IMG/VR virus record: IMGVR_UViG_3300020468_000007
Coordinates: 1 to 59,155 of that record
Direction: 5' to 3' (one strand)
DNA length: 59,155 bases
DNA from: a virus
Taxonomy: Duplodnaviria; Caudoviricetes
This document shows, one piece after another, positions 19,750 through 29,274 of the stretch. The notes under the pieces were generated by a model that had not been told where the DNA came from, did no database searches, and was given only the letters and a program-made list of their open reading frames with translations. The first letter of the stretch is position 1, and every line of letters starts with the position of its first letter. The position numbers were made by a program, and so were the translations under genes.

Positions 19750-21281
19750 TAGAACGGCACCTCATCACCTTGGACCTCGATCCCCGGAACTTGGACCTCT
19801 CTATTGAACGCAGGAACCCACCACACACGAAGAGGCTTACTATCCCCTTTTGTGGTTTTAAATCGCTTTAAACCATTGGCAGAACCACCAGCATTTAGTT
19901 CTTTCAAACGCTCTTGTATCTGTCCACGACTATATGTCTCGAACTTGTTGTTCCGAAGAAACTTTATCAGTGCCTCTATCTTAAAGTACGTCATGTTGTC
20001 TTCATCAGTGAATGGCTTACCAAGAGTAATCTCTTCCGCTGACTGAGCCTGCACCCTGCCGTCACAAAATCCTTCAAGTAGATCCATGAACTGACCCTTG
20101 TAGGTTAGCTCTTCTGGAACCTCGATCTCGCTCATGTCTTCCATCATCATAGAAACTATCTGTTGCCACGCATCCATCTTCATCAGCGGTGGCATCTTGC
20201 GGATCTGTTCCATGCAGGCTTTTTGAAATCTTTGTGGTGTCTGCAAGTCATCAGTCGTTAGCTCGACACGTTGCCCAGCTACATCACAAAACCACACAGG
20301 CGGCTCTGACTTAACAACACACAACCCCGACACATCCATGTTCGATACATGACTGCCGATACCAAACTTCTTTGTTTTGCAAAGTGTCTTGTTGCAAAAA
20401 CTTTTAAGGGGCTCCTGATCACACGGGAATCCATACTCCTTCTTCTCATGCTGGCTCTGAATTGTTACGATCTCTGAAGCTGGCAGGGAAGGAGTGCAAT
20501 ACTTACTGTTGATTTCTTCGAGTCTAGCCTTCCAGTTATCTGGCTGCTCTTTCTTACAGCCCACGGCTGCTGCAAACATAACTGTGTTGCGTGTGCCTTC
20601 GGGAATCCCCTGTCCGAACATGCAGCCCAGACAGGGGGCCCAATCCTTGAACTCGTCCACATGCTTACCAAATGTCAAACCAACAAAAACATTTGGATCC
20701 ACACTCCTCCGATCTACAAGTTCAAGAAATTCTTTTAATGACGCTGGCTCTCCGTCTTCCTTAATCGCGAAGCGGAGAGTTTGTTCCTCATCAAAGTACG
20801 GCAGGTTAATAAAGTTCCCCACATCGCCACGCTCGACAAGAATCTGTTCTTGCTTTGGGAAAATTTCACAGCCGCCGTAACCAAGTACGGCAGAAATTTC
20901 TGAAGCTTTATCACGGAACTCTCCTGCATTTATGTAGTCTTGGAAGAAAAAGAATATATGTGCACCACCAGACTTTGAACGGCACACCACACAAGGAACC
21001 TTCATTTTCTGAAGCTTCTTATCCAGTGCCACCAGATCCAGTGGATACTGATCGATGTCTAGTGCACCGAACTTACAGTTATTGTCTTCGTTAATCGGAA
21101 TAGAGCCAACACCATTGGTGCCTTTTAAATGCTCCTGAATTAGCTCTTCCGTTAGTGGTTTGCGAACGATGAATGACTTAGCTTTCTGTTTGCCAGCCCT
21201 TCTCTCATTCGATATTTGTGTCTGTCCATGTGCTCCGCTGAATCCTTCAAACGCAGCCATGAACCTTTTAAAATAGGTCAT
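19749..21281 (-). CDS. Primase (AEP-like catalytic domain + PriCT-like domain)
   Basis: LDID, RSKSGGAHIFF, NLPYF; PEGTRN...PSLPASEI. Confidence 0.8.
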   Translation of the reverse strand: MTYFKRFMAAFEGFSGAHGQTQISNERRAGKQKAKSFIVRKPLTEELIQEHLKGTNGVGSIPINEDNNCKFGALDIDQYPLDLVALDKKLQKMKVPCVVCRSKSGGAHIFFFFQDYINAGEFRDKASEISAVLGYGGCEIFPKQEQILVERGDVGNFINLPYFDEEQTLRFAIKEDGEPASLKEFLELVDRRSVDPNVFVGLTFGKHVDEFKDWAPCLGCMFGQGIPEGTRNTVMFAAAVGCKKEQPDNWKARLEEINSKYCTPSLPASEIVTIQSQHEKKEYGFPCDQEPLKSFCNKTLCKTKKFGIGSHVSNMDVSGLCVVKSEPPVWFCDVAGQRVELTTDDLQTPQRFQKACMEQIRKMPPLMKMDAWQQIVSMMMEDMSEIEVPEELTYKGQFMDLLEGFCDGRVQAQSAEEITLGKPFTDEDNMTYFKIEALIKFLRNNKFETYSRGQIQERLKELNAGGSANGLKRFKTTKGDSKPLRVWWVPAFNREVQVPGIEVQGDEVPF

Positions 21282-21298
21282 GGTTTGCCCCTAGTTGG

Positions 21299-21331
21299 TT
21301 TGGGGTGGCGTAAGGGAGAACACCACCCCAA
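21299..21331 (-). other. Intergenic GC-rich stem-loop
   Basis: Minus strand TTGGGGTGGTG-TTCTCCCTTA-CGCCACCCCAA between SSB-like and primase genes; no U-tract. Confidence 0.6.
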
Positions 21332-21336
21332 GAGGT

Positions 21337-22125
21337 TTAAAACGGTACGTCTGCTCCTTCTGTTTCACTCCGTTTATCTTCGCCAGTGCCCGTCTTAATC
21401 TCACCAGCCTTGAATGAGTTGTATAGATCACGGGCTTCCATGATTGCAGCTTGCGGTACATCACTCATCTCAAGTTGAGCAACAGAGTAGTTGAACCACG
21501 AACCTTTGTCGTTGGACTCCTGAATCGAGGTTAACTTCCAAGGCACTGACCACATGGGTGGATTGAACAAGCCCTTCTCTGGGTGCATGATCTTCAGCCC
21601 CGCACGACGAGTGTTCCACTGCTTTGCAACTTTCATCTGTGTCTTCTTCATGTCACAGATCATTTGCGTGGTAACGCCACTGGAGTCAACTCCCAAGACC
21701 AAGAACTGAGCGGATCGAACAAGCTCGTTACCTGAAGGTAACATCTCAGCCGAACCATTCCTTTCAGTCTTGCGGATGTCTGGATCATCGGGCATTAACT
21801 CACCCATGAACCCACCACCAGCTTCTCGAAGCTGGAACTCCAGAAACTTTGTAGTGTACGCACACATCAGCACTGTAAGGCCAGTGTCAGCTTCCCAATA
21901 CTGACCAGTTACTGTGTTGAAAATATCTCCTGCCGACGCACCCTTTATAAACTTGGGGTCTGTCTTCAGAAGTTGTGGTGACAGGGGCTGCAAAATTCGT
22001 AAGAACGGAATCTGCATATCGTCTGCACCAATTGTTTCCATGCCCTGACCTGCGCTTGCGAACAGATCGTCCATGATATTTGCCACTGCTGTGGTCTTTG
22101 CTTCTGCTACTGCTGTATCAGCCAT
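21337..22125 (-). CDS. Putative single-stranded DNA-binding / annealing protein
   Basis: IPFLRILQPLSPQ, NDKGSWF, acidic C-terminal tail ending DVPF. Confidence 0.65.
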   Translation of the reverse strand: MADTAVAEAKTTAVANIMDDLFASAGQGMETIGADDMQIPFLRILQPLSPQLLKTDPKFIKGASAGDIFNTVTGQYWEADTGLTVLMCAYTTKFLEFQLREAGGGFMGELMPDDPDIRKTERNGSAEMLPSGNELVRSAQFLVLGVDSSGVTTQMICDMKKTQMKVAKQWNTRRAGLKIMHPEKGLFNPPMWSVPWKLTSIQESNDKGSWFNYSVAQLEMSDVPQAAIMEARDLYNSFKAGEIKTGTGEDKRSETEGADVPF

Positions 22126-22127
22126 CT

Positions 22128-22691
22128 CTAACTCCTCGATATCTTGGCTTCGGTTCCGACAAAAACACCGAACGTGTCAAAGTCGATCTCTTTTCCTGAT
22201 TCAATACGCCCCTTCACCCAAGCCTTCAAAGTTTGTGGGTGTACATGCGTCTTCTGGGCTGGATCCAAACCCTGCTCCTCGAGATCCGCGACTACGGATC
22301 CGGCAACATTGTCCTGTCCAGCTTTGAATGAAACAGTTACATCATGTTTAATTAAGTCTCCCTCACCAATGGAACGTAGCCACTGGAAAGCTTCGTCTCG
22401 TTTGTCTTCCGCTATTCGAGCATGAACAAACTGACGTAAGGCAACCTTATTACCATCCACGGTAATACTGTCCATGCCCATCTCTTGCATAAGAGCGGGA
22501 ATGTCCTCTTCGTTTACTTTTCTTTTTTTGAATTTAAGATCCTTCAGATACTGCTCTGCTGTTGCAATGTCTTCATCGATCTTCATAGACTCACGGATGA
22601 GAGTAGACAGCGCACTGCCCTTCTCTCCGCTTACCTTGTCGAACTTATTGGCATCGACTTCCTCATCTATCAGCGAGAATATATCGCTCAT
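22128..22691 (-). CDS. Conserved replication-module protein
   Basis: IPALMQEMG...AFQWLRSIGEGDLIK...VHPQTLKAWVK; usual neighbour of the SSB-like gene in such phages. Confidence 0.65.
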   Translation of the reverse strand: MSDIFSLIDEEVDANKFDKVSGEKGSALSTLIRESMKIDEDIATAEQYLKDLKFKKRKVNEEDIPALMQEMGMDSITVDGNKVALRQFVHARIAEDKRDEAFQWLRSIGEGDLIKHDVTVSFKAGQDNVAGSVVADLEEQGLDPAQKTHVHPQTLKAWVKGRIESGKEIDFDTFGVFVGTEAKISRS

Positions 22692-22732
22692 CTTTCTACT
22701 CCTTCGTTAAAGTTTTACCCCTTCGGGTTGGA

Positions 22733-22767
22733 TGAAGGTGATACGATGTACCACCTTCAGTTGTCAA
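22733..22767 (-). promoter_or_regulatory. Candidate sigma70 promoter overlapped by a palindromic operator
   Basis: Minus TTGACA-N18-TATCAC; inverted repeat TGAAGGTGATAC-GAT-GTACCACCTTCA (12-bp arms, 1 mismatch) at 22733-22759. Confidence 0.55.
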
Positions 22768-22916
22768 GCAGCTTCTTTTCTAGCTACCTTGACCAGATGT
22801 GCAAGCTGTCCGCTAACACTTCTATCTTCTTGTTCTGCCATCTGTTTCAAAGCTTCATAAACAGTCTTATCAATAGCCACTGTTTTCCAAACTTTATTAG
22901 ATTTACTTTTAGCCAT
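22764..22916 (-). CDS. Arc/ribbon-helix-helix DNA-binding protein, 50 aa (not in ORF track)
   Basis: MAKSKSNKVWKTVAIDKTVYEALKQMAEQEDRSVSGQLAHLVKVARKEAA*; AAGGAG RBS. Confidence 0.75.
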   Translation of the reverse strand: MAKSKSNKVWKTVAIDKTVYEALKQMAEQEDRSVSGQLAHLVKVARKEAA

Positions 22917-22960
22917 AGCTTACTCCTTCTTAACTCTTATCATATAGAACGTATAAATCG

Positions 22961-23383
22961 TCAACTATTTTTTATAACTTCATCTAGTTTCGCAGGTATT
23001 TCCCCATTAAACCTGCGGTTCCCAGCGTTTCGCTCAGAAAATTGAGGCGGGGTAGCCCTCGAGAATTGATGTGGGTACTTGTGCACCTCACCTGTTTCGA
23101 GATCTACATAAACCAGTTGCACCCCTATCTGTCTCTGAAGATCAGTCAGTGTTCGAGATATAATCGACTCGTCCTTTCTTCTCGACACAGTCTTGACATC
23201 GAAGTAATGCCACTCGCCTGACTTATCTAGTACGACCAGATCAACAGGGCCTTGCTCCATTACCTGATAGTAAACGTGACAGCCCTTCGATATGAAATAA
23301 CTAGCAGCAATCAACTCTGATCTTTTGCCAATAGCTATGTTTGTATCAGGGCCATCACCCACTTTCTTCCTGCGGTTAGCCAT
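22961..23383 (-). CDS. PD-(D/E)xK endonuclease
   Basis: GKRSELIAA...GPVDLVV...FDVKT; likely start MANRRKK coupled to helicase stop. Confidence 0.7.
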   Translation of the reverse strand: MANRRKKVGDGPDTNIAIGKRSELIAASYFISKGCHVYYQVMEQGPVDLVVLDKSGEWHYFDVKTVSRRKDESIISRTLTDLQRQIGVQLVYVDLETGEVHKYPHQFSRATPPQFSERNAGNRRFNGEIPAKLDEVIKNS

Positions 23384-24837
23384 CACCCACCCCTCTTCGG
23401 TGATAGCTCGAGCCACTGCCTTGCTTCCTCACCCAGCGTCTTTGCTGACAGATCAATCTTAGCCCGAAGAGATTTAACTATGTGCTCATCCACTGTACCC
23501 TTCGATACAAAGTCTACATAGGTAACGCTGTGGTTCTGCCCGATACGATGACATCGGTCCTCTGACTGTACCCGGGTCTCGAGGTTGAAGTCGTTTGCAT
23601 AGTAGATCACGTTAGTTGCTGCGGTCAGCGTCAAGCCATAGCCTGCGGTCTGAGGGTTAGCCACAAAAAATCTCGCATCTCCAAACTGGAAATCCTGAAT
23701 CGCTTTCTGCCTGTCCTCATCAGAGGTGTCCCCAAAATAACTGACAGTGGAGCTCGAACCGTGAACCTTGGACAATGCAGCTTCGATGTTTCTTATATCG
23801 TACCTGAACCTCGACCATATGATCACCTTGCCAGACATCTCCTCGATGGTCTCCATCAGTGCAGTGATGCGATTGGTTTTGAATTCCACCAGTTCCTTAT
23901 CATCACTCATTACATGACCACACAACACCTGTTGTAGCCGGAGCAGTTGCGTCATAACTGACGGAGCAGTTACCATCTCACCATCCTCTAGCAAAGCAAT
24001 AGCTGCGTTCTTCAGTGACATGTAGTGCTTGATCTGTTCGTCCGTCAGGCTGACATGGCGTATGGTATACACCTTCGCCGGAAGATCGAGTGCTTCTTCT
24101 TTCGTTACGCGATACGAGAAACTATCCAGTTTGGTAGAAAGTTCGTCAAGATTTCTGTATCCCACGATTTGCTGAAAGCTGTGGCTGCCCATCCGTTGAG
24201 TTCTGACGATGGCGTACCTTCCTTGGAACGAGTAGTAAGAGTCATGCCCCAAGAGTTCGGTATCCATAAATCCGCATTGCGAGTATAAATCCATCGGTGA
24301 TTTTGTAACGGGCGATCCAGTGAGTATACGGCGAAACGATGCACTCTTACCAATTGCAACCAGAGCTTTAGTCCTCTTGGCTTTCGGGTTTTTAATAGTC
24401 GTTGACTCATCAACCGCAAGTAGAAACGACGATCCGCGAACGAACATCTCCATGTATTTTCGTACTTTGGTTGTTGCAAAACCTTCGACATTGATGAGGA
24501 GAATACGGAGCTTTTTACGCTCCGTAACACCTTCCTCGAGGTGCTTCTTTTGATTCTTGTTTGGGTTCGGATTCCAAACATATACCTCGTGTTCAATGTC
24601 CTCTCGTAGATGAGCAGGTATTTCAGATATCTGCCAGTTACGGTACACACCTTTGGGTGCAACGATGACGGCTGTGTCAATCTTCTTTTGTTCATATAGC
24701 CACGCCATGTTGTCGATGAGAACTTTAGACTTTCCACAACCCATCTCCATAAAATAGCCGTAGTTAACTTTGTTGTATGAACGCTCGAGCGCAATGCGCT
24801 GGTGCTCATACGGTTTGGTTTTGTACTTGAATTCCAT
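23383..24837 (-). CDS. SNF2-family (SF2) helicase
   Basis: MEMGCGKS, VDES, LTGSP, GYGLTL, QSEDRCHRIGQ. Confidence 0.92.
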   Translation of the reverse strand: MEFKYKTKPYEHQRIALERSYNKVNYGYFMEMGCGKSKVLIDNMAWLYEQKKIDTAVIVAPKGVYRNWQISEIPAHLREDIEHEVYVWNPNPNKNQKKHLEEGVTERKKLRILLINVEGFATTKVRKYMEMFVRGSSFLLAVDESTTIKNPKAKRTKALVAIGKSASFRRILTGSPVTKSPMDLYSQCGFMDTELLGHDSYYSFQGRYAIVRTQRMGSHSFQQIVGYRNLDELSTKLDSFSYRVTKEEALDLPAKVYTIRHVSLTDEQIKHYMSLKNAAIALLEDGEMVTAPSVMTQLLRLQQVLCGHVMSDDKELVEFKTNRITALMETIEEMSGKVIIWSRFRYDIRNIEAALSKVHGSSSTVSYFGDTSDEDRQKAIQDFQFGDARFFVANPQTAGYGLTLTAATNVIYYANDFNLETRVQSEDRCHRIGQNHSVTYVDFVSKGTVDEHIVKSLRAKIDLSAKTLGEEARQWLELSPKRGG

Positions 24838-25102
24838 TTGTTTTCTTTTGCCCCTTGAGCGGTCTGCCCCTTTGAATTTTACCTATTGCAGGGCTTCTCT
24901 CCACTTCAGCCCTGACTATCTTCCCGTTCAAACTTTCCCCTCGCTTTGCAGGGTAAGACTCTTCGTTCGTATTTAATTTGTACCATCCTCTGTACGGTTC
25001 TTCTTGAACGCCAAAGTCTATTGGACTCCAGTTCATTGTGTCGAAGTCCTTGTCCACATCACAAGTGAATATGTGGTTTTGCAGTTTTAAATTAAAAGCC
25101 AT
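24806..25102 (-). CDS. Hypothetical protein
   Basis: 98 aa in operon, AGGGG RBS. Confidence 0.55.
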   Translation of the reverse strand: MAFNLKLQNHIFTCDVDKDFDTMNWSPIDFGVQEEPYRGWYKLNTNEESYPAKRGESLNGKIVRAEVERSPAIGKIQRGRPLKGQKKTNGIQVQNQTV

Positions 25103-25119
25103 CCTCTTGCCCCTTTCAA

Positions 25120-25374
25120 TTACTGCTGTTCGTCTGACTCGTCAATACCGCCTGACAATAGTGAGTACTTTGCAGTCTCGAGATACCACACAATGTCTGC
25201 GACATCCTCGACTGTGGTCATCATCTTTATCGTACCGTCCTTGCTTTGACCCACAATTATAGCATCCGCGAGTATCTTGCCTGCGAACTCGCACACTGTA
25301 GGTACTGGGTCTGCGGACAGTTTTATCCTCTGGTTTAAATAAACCACATTATCGTTATCATTCTCGTCAGTCAT
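25120..25374 (-). CDS. Hypothetical protein
   Basis: Probable start MTDENDNDNVVYL; tiles with neighbours. Confidence 0.6.
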   Translation of the reverse strand: MTDENDNDNVVYLNQRIKLSADPVPTVCEFAGKILADAIIVGQSKDGTIKMMTTVEDVADIVWYLETAKYSLLSGGIDESDEQQ

Positions 25375-25558
25375 CGGAGTGATCCTTTTCATCAAGTGCA
25401 TCATTTATAATATGAGCCGTGTTCCGCATGTCAATGTAAGTCTCCAGCCGCTTTCTGGTTTTCTCCGCTTCACGATATAAACCCGCAGACATTTGTTCTG
25501 TAAGTTCCTCATCGAGGATACGAATAATTCGGTTCATCCCTGCAAAATTCTTTTCCAT
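25367..25558 (-). CDS. Hypothetical protein
   Basis: 63 aa in tiled operon. Confidence 0.55.
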   Translation of the reverse strand: MEKNFAGMNRIIRILDEELTEQMSAGLYREAEKTRKRLETYIDMRNTAHIINDALDEKDHSDD

Positions 25559-25899
25559 GCTTCTCGCACCTCTGCTTCCGTGTCCTTATCCACTGGCTCT
25601 GGATCGTTCAACCAGCCTTCGATCACATCTTCTATTATACTCACCGCATCAGACCAATACATCTTTTCCGGTGTAGCGCAAAAATCTTCTTCGCTTGGCA
25701 TCAGTTTGGTTTCCAACATTGTGACCTCCTTCGGATCTTTTTGGATTATTTCTAGCTTACATAAAGGACACTTCAATAGTTGTGTGCCCTGCCTTACACC
25801 GCTTAACACAGTGTAAGACTCCAGTTTATGGCGGCACTTCGGACACTGCCCTGCGTCCAACCGCTTTTGCCAACTGCCATCGCCAGCCTCAATCACCAT
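25534..25899 (-). CDS. Zinc-ribbon hypothetical protein
   Basis: CPKC...CPLC; probable start MVIEAGDG. Confidence 0.6.
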   Translation of the reverse strand: MVIEAGDGSWQKRLDAGQCPKCRHKLESYTVLSGVRQGTQLLKCPLCKLEIIQKDPKEVTMLETKLMPSEEDFCATPEKMYWSDAVSIIEDVIEGWLNDPEPVDKDTEAEVREAWKRILQG

Positions 25900-26131
25900 C
25901 GTAGACCTCCACATTCCCGTAGGCTTCTTTACCTGCGGTCTCTTGGACTTCGCCCCATGTCTCCGCCATCATGTCATGTACGTCAGATAGATTTAAATGA
26001 CTGACCATGTCCATGTGACCTTCCATCTCCGAAGTGAAACTAAAATAAGTTTCACTCCGGTCTGCGACCTCAAGCATTTTTTCCATGAATTGCTCTTCAA
26101 GTTCCAGAGCCATTTGCTTCATTCTACCCAT
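25889..26131 (-). CDS. Hypothetical acidic protein
   Basis: 80 aa, tiled. Confidence 0.6.
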   Translation of the reverse strand: MGRMKQMALELEEQFMEKMLEVADRSETYFSFTSEMEGHMDMVSHLNLSDVHDMMAETWGEVQETAGKEAYGNVEVYDGD

Positions 26132-26390
26132 GCTCTTCGACCTCCTCGTCCGCAGACTCTTCCTTAACGTCCTCTTTCAACACCCACTCACCCCAGTAAT
26201 ACGACTGGTTAGTAGCTGGTGCAAAATTAAACTCGCTATGCAACGTGCAAACAGCTTCACGCAGATTCCTAACGTCAGACAAATTGCAGTCCGAAGTCTC
26301 TTCGATCATGTTGCACATAGCCTTCAACTTGTTATGCATATCCAGAAACTTGATACGCATATCCCTAGTCACTCTTTTACCATTAGACAT
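26124..26390 (-). CDS. Hypothetical protein
   Basis: 88 aa, tiled, GGGAG RBS. Confidence 0.6.
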   Translation of the reverse strand: MSNGKRVTRDMRIKFLDMHNKLKAMCNMIEETSDCNLSDVRNLREAVCTLHSEFNFAPATNQSYYWGEWVLKEDVKEESADEEVEEHG

Positions 26391-26548
26391 TACTTTGCTC
26401 CCTTCGGGTTTGTCTTCTTCACTTTCTTTACATCAGAATAATTATTCTTCTTGATGACCCTGCCCATAGCGTCATGCCGGACAGTTATTTCCAAGGGCAG
26501 CTTCAATGCTTCCCTTATCTCTTCAAATGTCGGTACTTTGTTGCTCAT
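26390..26548 (-). CDS. Hypothetical protein, 52 aa (not in ORF track)
   Basis: MSNKVPTFEEIREALKLP...NPKGAK*; GGAGCAAGGA upstream; stop overlaps next ATG. Confidence 0.6.
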   Translation of the reverse strand: MSNKVPTFEEIREALKLPLEITVRHDAMGRVIKKNNYSDVKKVKKTNPKGAK

Positions 26549-26560
26549 TCCTTGCTCCTC

Positions 26561-26794
26561 TCAAGTGCTGTGCAAATCTTGATATTTAATACTTTCGCAA
26601 ATTCGTTCATACGAGTCGGACACCCAGTAACCACCATTGTTATGTGTGCCATTGTCCACGATACATGTATCGCGTTCTAACTTTCCCCACTTGCGCGTAA
26701 CAGAAGTGACGCAAAACGTATCGCCTGTCAGTAAAACCTTCCCATCATCACGACCACTTGTCCTGCACACGCGAGTTAATTCAAGAATTATCAT
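26561..26794 (-). CDS. Hypothetical protein
   Basis: Probable start MIILELT; similar in style to 28589-28804 (ELT...Y.V..SY..I). Confidence 0.55.
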   Translation of the reverse strand: MIILELTRVCRTSGRDDGKVLLTGDTFCVTSVTRKWGKLERDTCIVDNGTHNNGGYWVSDSYERICESIKYQDLHST

Positions 26795-26972
26795 TATCAA
26801 TCTCCCATACATTTTCCAGAGTCCAGTCGTGACCCTGATCTACTTGAACCCAATCAACAGTGCCATCGCCACCTGAGTCGGCGGCTATATCCCAAGCCGC
26901 TTCCTCATTTGGTGCTTCAACAATGGCTTCGTAGCCCACATCCATCGTGGCAGTTACCTTAAACTTCGGCAT
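26781..26972 (-). CDS. Hypothetical protein (VEAxxEEAA motif)
   Basis: 63 aa; resembles 28092-28310. Confidence 0.6.
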   Translation of the reverse strand: MPKFKVTATMDVGYEAIVEAPNEEAAWDIAADSGGDGTVDWVQVDQGHDWTLENVWEIDNDNS

Positions 26973-27183
26973 CTTTCTCGACTCCCTTGGTCAGGTTTAA
27001 AATCTCCAGCCTATCTTTATGCAAAGCAATTTTATCCAACTCACCTTGAATGGCTTCCAAAATATCGGAATGCTCACCAATTCCAGCAGGGTTGTTTAGA
27101 TAGACTTCAATGTTAGCCCTATGCAGGGCAATGTTTCCTCGCGCATGTTCTTTCAATGCATTCAAAATAATTTTCTTCATCAC
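26959..27183 (-). CDS. Conserved phage hypothetical protein
   Basis: ANIEVYLNNPAGIGEHSDI motif common in marine phages. Confidence 0.7.
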   Translation of the reverse strand: MMKKIILNALKEHARGNIALHRANIEVYLNNPAGIGEHSDILEAIQGELDKIALHKDRLEILNLTKGVEKDAEV

Positions 27184-27371
27184 TTGTCTCCTTGCATAAG
27201 ATTTCTTACGTCAACACAAAAGCACTGCTGATCTGGATAATCAAAACCACGCTCTGTCAGTGCCACATGGCAAGCGGAAAAATATTTATGTGTTGACCAA
27301 ATTTCTAAATGTATCTCCGCTGGTGTCAGCGTACCCATACACGCCAACACCACTCCGCCTATTATGTTCAT
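27180..27371 (-). CDS. Hypothetical protein
   Basis: Probable start MNIIGGVVLAC. Confidence 0.5.
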   Translation of the reverse strand: MNIIGGVVLACMGTLTPAEIHLEIWSTHKYFSACHVALTERGFDYPDQQCFCVDVRNLMQGDK

Positions 27372-27817
27372 TCTTCTTCCCAGTTCTGGTCTTCCATCCA
27401 CTTTCTGAAGTCGTCATTCACCGCTTGCATAGCTTTGGTGTAAAACTCACCAGATATCGACCAGCGTTCAATGCCACCATCCAGATTTAAACCATTAGCC
27501 CAGTTGTCTTCAAACTGTGGCGCGGATGCATGGGTTCCCCGATCAGTGCCGTTCAGTGTGTTTAAATAGTACCGACTGACAAACTGACCTCGCTCCTTGA
27601 TCCTTGCGTCATGCTCCTCATCGCCTGTCTCTGTGTTAGCGACCAGTGAGTCCATGTCGTAGAACTCGACCAATGGATTGTCGGGGCTTTCATATGGGTT
27701 GAAGTCACCGCCATATGTACACATGTCGTTAAGACCATAACTGTCGTGCCAGTACACTGTCCGAACACACCACTTAATCCCAGACCAATTGTCTGTATCT
27801 TTATATAAAAACGGCAT
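27368..27817 (-). CDS. Hypothetical protein
   Basis: 149 aa; PLVEFYD, GQFVSRYY, GLNLDGG..W. Confidence 0.65.
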   Translation of the reverse strand: MPFLYKDTDNWSGIKWCVRTVYWHDSYGLNDMCTYGGDFNPYESPDNPLVEFYDMDSLVANTETGDEEHDARIKERGQFVSRYYLNTLNGTDRGTHASAPQFEDNWANGLNLDGGIERWSISGEFYTKAMQAVNDDFRKWMEDQNWEEE

Positions 27818-28095
27818 TATATATCTCCTCGCTTCAAAGCATTTGTGATTAACTTGTTGGACAACGCATGGCGGTCTTCAACCAACCCCCAATCCTTTGC
27901 CGTTGTCATATGTGTGTCAGGGTCAATGGTTTGGACATGTCCTGACCTCTCAAAAATTTCCCAACTTTCCATCTTGGCAAGTGTACGTTTGAATTGCTCG
28001 ATTATTTCATCAGGCGTGACCTTGTCAGGATCAGCCTCAAAAGAAGGAACACTGAACATAAAATCAAAGTCGTGTATAAAAACAGGTTTGCTCAT
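27817..28095 (-). CDS. Hypothetical protein
   Basis: Probable start MSKPVF with AGGGGG RBS. Confidence 0.6.
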   Translation of the reverse strand: MSKPVFIHDFDFMFSVPSFEADPDKVTPDEIIEQFKRTLAKMESWEIFERSGHVQTIDPDTHMTTAKDWGLVEDRHALSNKLITNALKRGDI

Positions 28096-28310
28096 TCTAC
28101 ATCCCCCTTTACCCAAGCTGGCTTTTCGTAACGATCTTCATCACTCACTTCCGAAACGTCTAACGTGTTTTGTTCGTGTTTAACGTACATTTGATCAGAA
28201 TCGAATAATTCATGCGCCATTTCACGCGCTTCACTTTCATCAACCGCCCCGACGCGAATTGTCTTGGTGACAATCGCTTCGATCTGGACATCATATGTTT
28301 TGGTTTTCAT
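28092..28310 (-). CDS. Hypothetical protein
   Basis: 72 aa; VGAVDESEA motif; AGGGGG RBS. Confidence 0.6.
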   Translation of the reverse strand: MKTKTYDVQIEAIVTKTIRVGAVDESEAREMAHELFDSDQMYVKHEQNTLDVSEVSDEDRYEKPAWVKGDVE

Positions 28311-28322
28311 TCTACTACCCCC

Positions 28323-28589
28323 CTAATCCAACAAAACCATATAGGCATGCGGCTCGTGCTTCATAAACCAACGACAACCCTTTTGGACTTCCTCGTACAG
28401 CTTATCCCTCATCTTTGGATCACTGGTTTTTTCAGCCATCAATTGACCACCTATAATAACGTCATAGACTGCAACCGCATCGGCAGGTAAACCCACCTTT
28501 TCGCCACTGAATATGTTTTCACAAACCTCTGGCTCATCGCCCACGATACATTCAAACGGTAACTCTCTACCCAAAAATCCCTTAGTCAT
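28323..28589 (-). CDS. Hypothetical protein
   Basis: Probable start MTKGFLG; AVAVYDVIIG...WF..HEPHAYMVLLD. Confidence 0.65.
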   Translation of the reverse strand: MTKGFLGRELPFECIVGDEPEVCENIFSGEKVGLPADAVAVYDVIIGGQLMAEKTSDPKMRDKLYEEVQKGCRWFMKHEPHAYMVLLD

Positions 28590-28804
28590 TATTTCGCCCC
28601 CTTTGCTTTGCGGATCATTGCGATCACTTCGGAATAAGTTTCCATCACTGAATAACCATTTACCGAACAAGCATCATACAAAAGATGATGTTCATCCGGC
28701 CTGTTGCGGTGTTCACGCATCACAACAAATGCTCGATCACAAATGTAATACTCATCGCCATTCATCAGCGTTAATTCCAACTCAATAAACTTTTCCATTA
28801 GCAA
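28589..28804 (-). CDS. Hypothetical protein
   Basis: 71 aa, GGAGG RBS, tiled. Confidence 0.55.
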   Translation of the reverse strand: MLMEKFIELELTLMNGDEYYICDRAFVVMREHRNRPDEHHLLYDACSVNGYSVMETYSEVIAMIRKAKGAK

Positions 28805-29274
28805 TACACCTCCTTACCAAATACACCCAACTGGATGATATAATCACAATCGTTGGCATCCAACTGACCCAACTCACTGACAGTCAACGCCAACCGTTGC
28901 CGCTCTGGATCAAGCAAATTGATGCCTTCAACAATCACATCAAAAGCTTTGACCCTTTCAATATCCACATCGTCATCGCCCCAACCATCACTGCCATGAT
29001 GGATAGCGATATCAAAATTATACTCGACCACTGAGTAACCGTTCTTCAGATCAAACTCGTCCTCAGTGTGTATGTTATCGATCCAGTGACCCGATCCACC
29101 TTCGAGCGCGGTAATCCAGATTGTTTCAGCAATCTCTTCCCACTCTTCCTTGTTCGGTGTGTACTCAACCATGATGGTCGGATAAAACTTCTTGGGCTTC
29201 AGCAACTCCGCGAATGGCTCTGCCAATACTTCAGCAAAATGGCTGTCAGTCAGATTTGGTTTATCTTTAGTCAT
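28798..29274 (-). CDS. Hypothetical acidic protein
   Basis: TALEGGSGHW ... DANDCDYIIQLGVFGKEVY. Confidence 0.7.
   Translation of the reverse strand: MTKDKPNLTDSHFAEVLAEPFAELLKPKKFYPTIMVEYTPNKEEWEEIAETIWITALEGGSGHWIDNIHTEDEFDLKNGYSVVEYNFDIAIHHGSDGWGDDDVDIERVKAFDVIVEGINLLDPERQRLALTVSELGQLDANDCDYIIQLGVFGKEVYC

Noticed and set aside
22717-26410. CCCTTCGGGTT shared at 22719 and 26400
   Set aside because: Second copy lies within a small coding sequence (NPKG); an 11-mer match is plausible by chance
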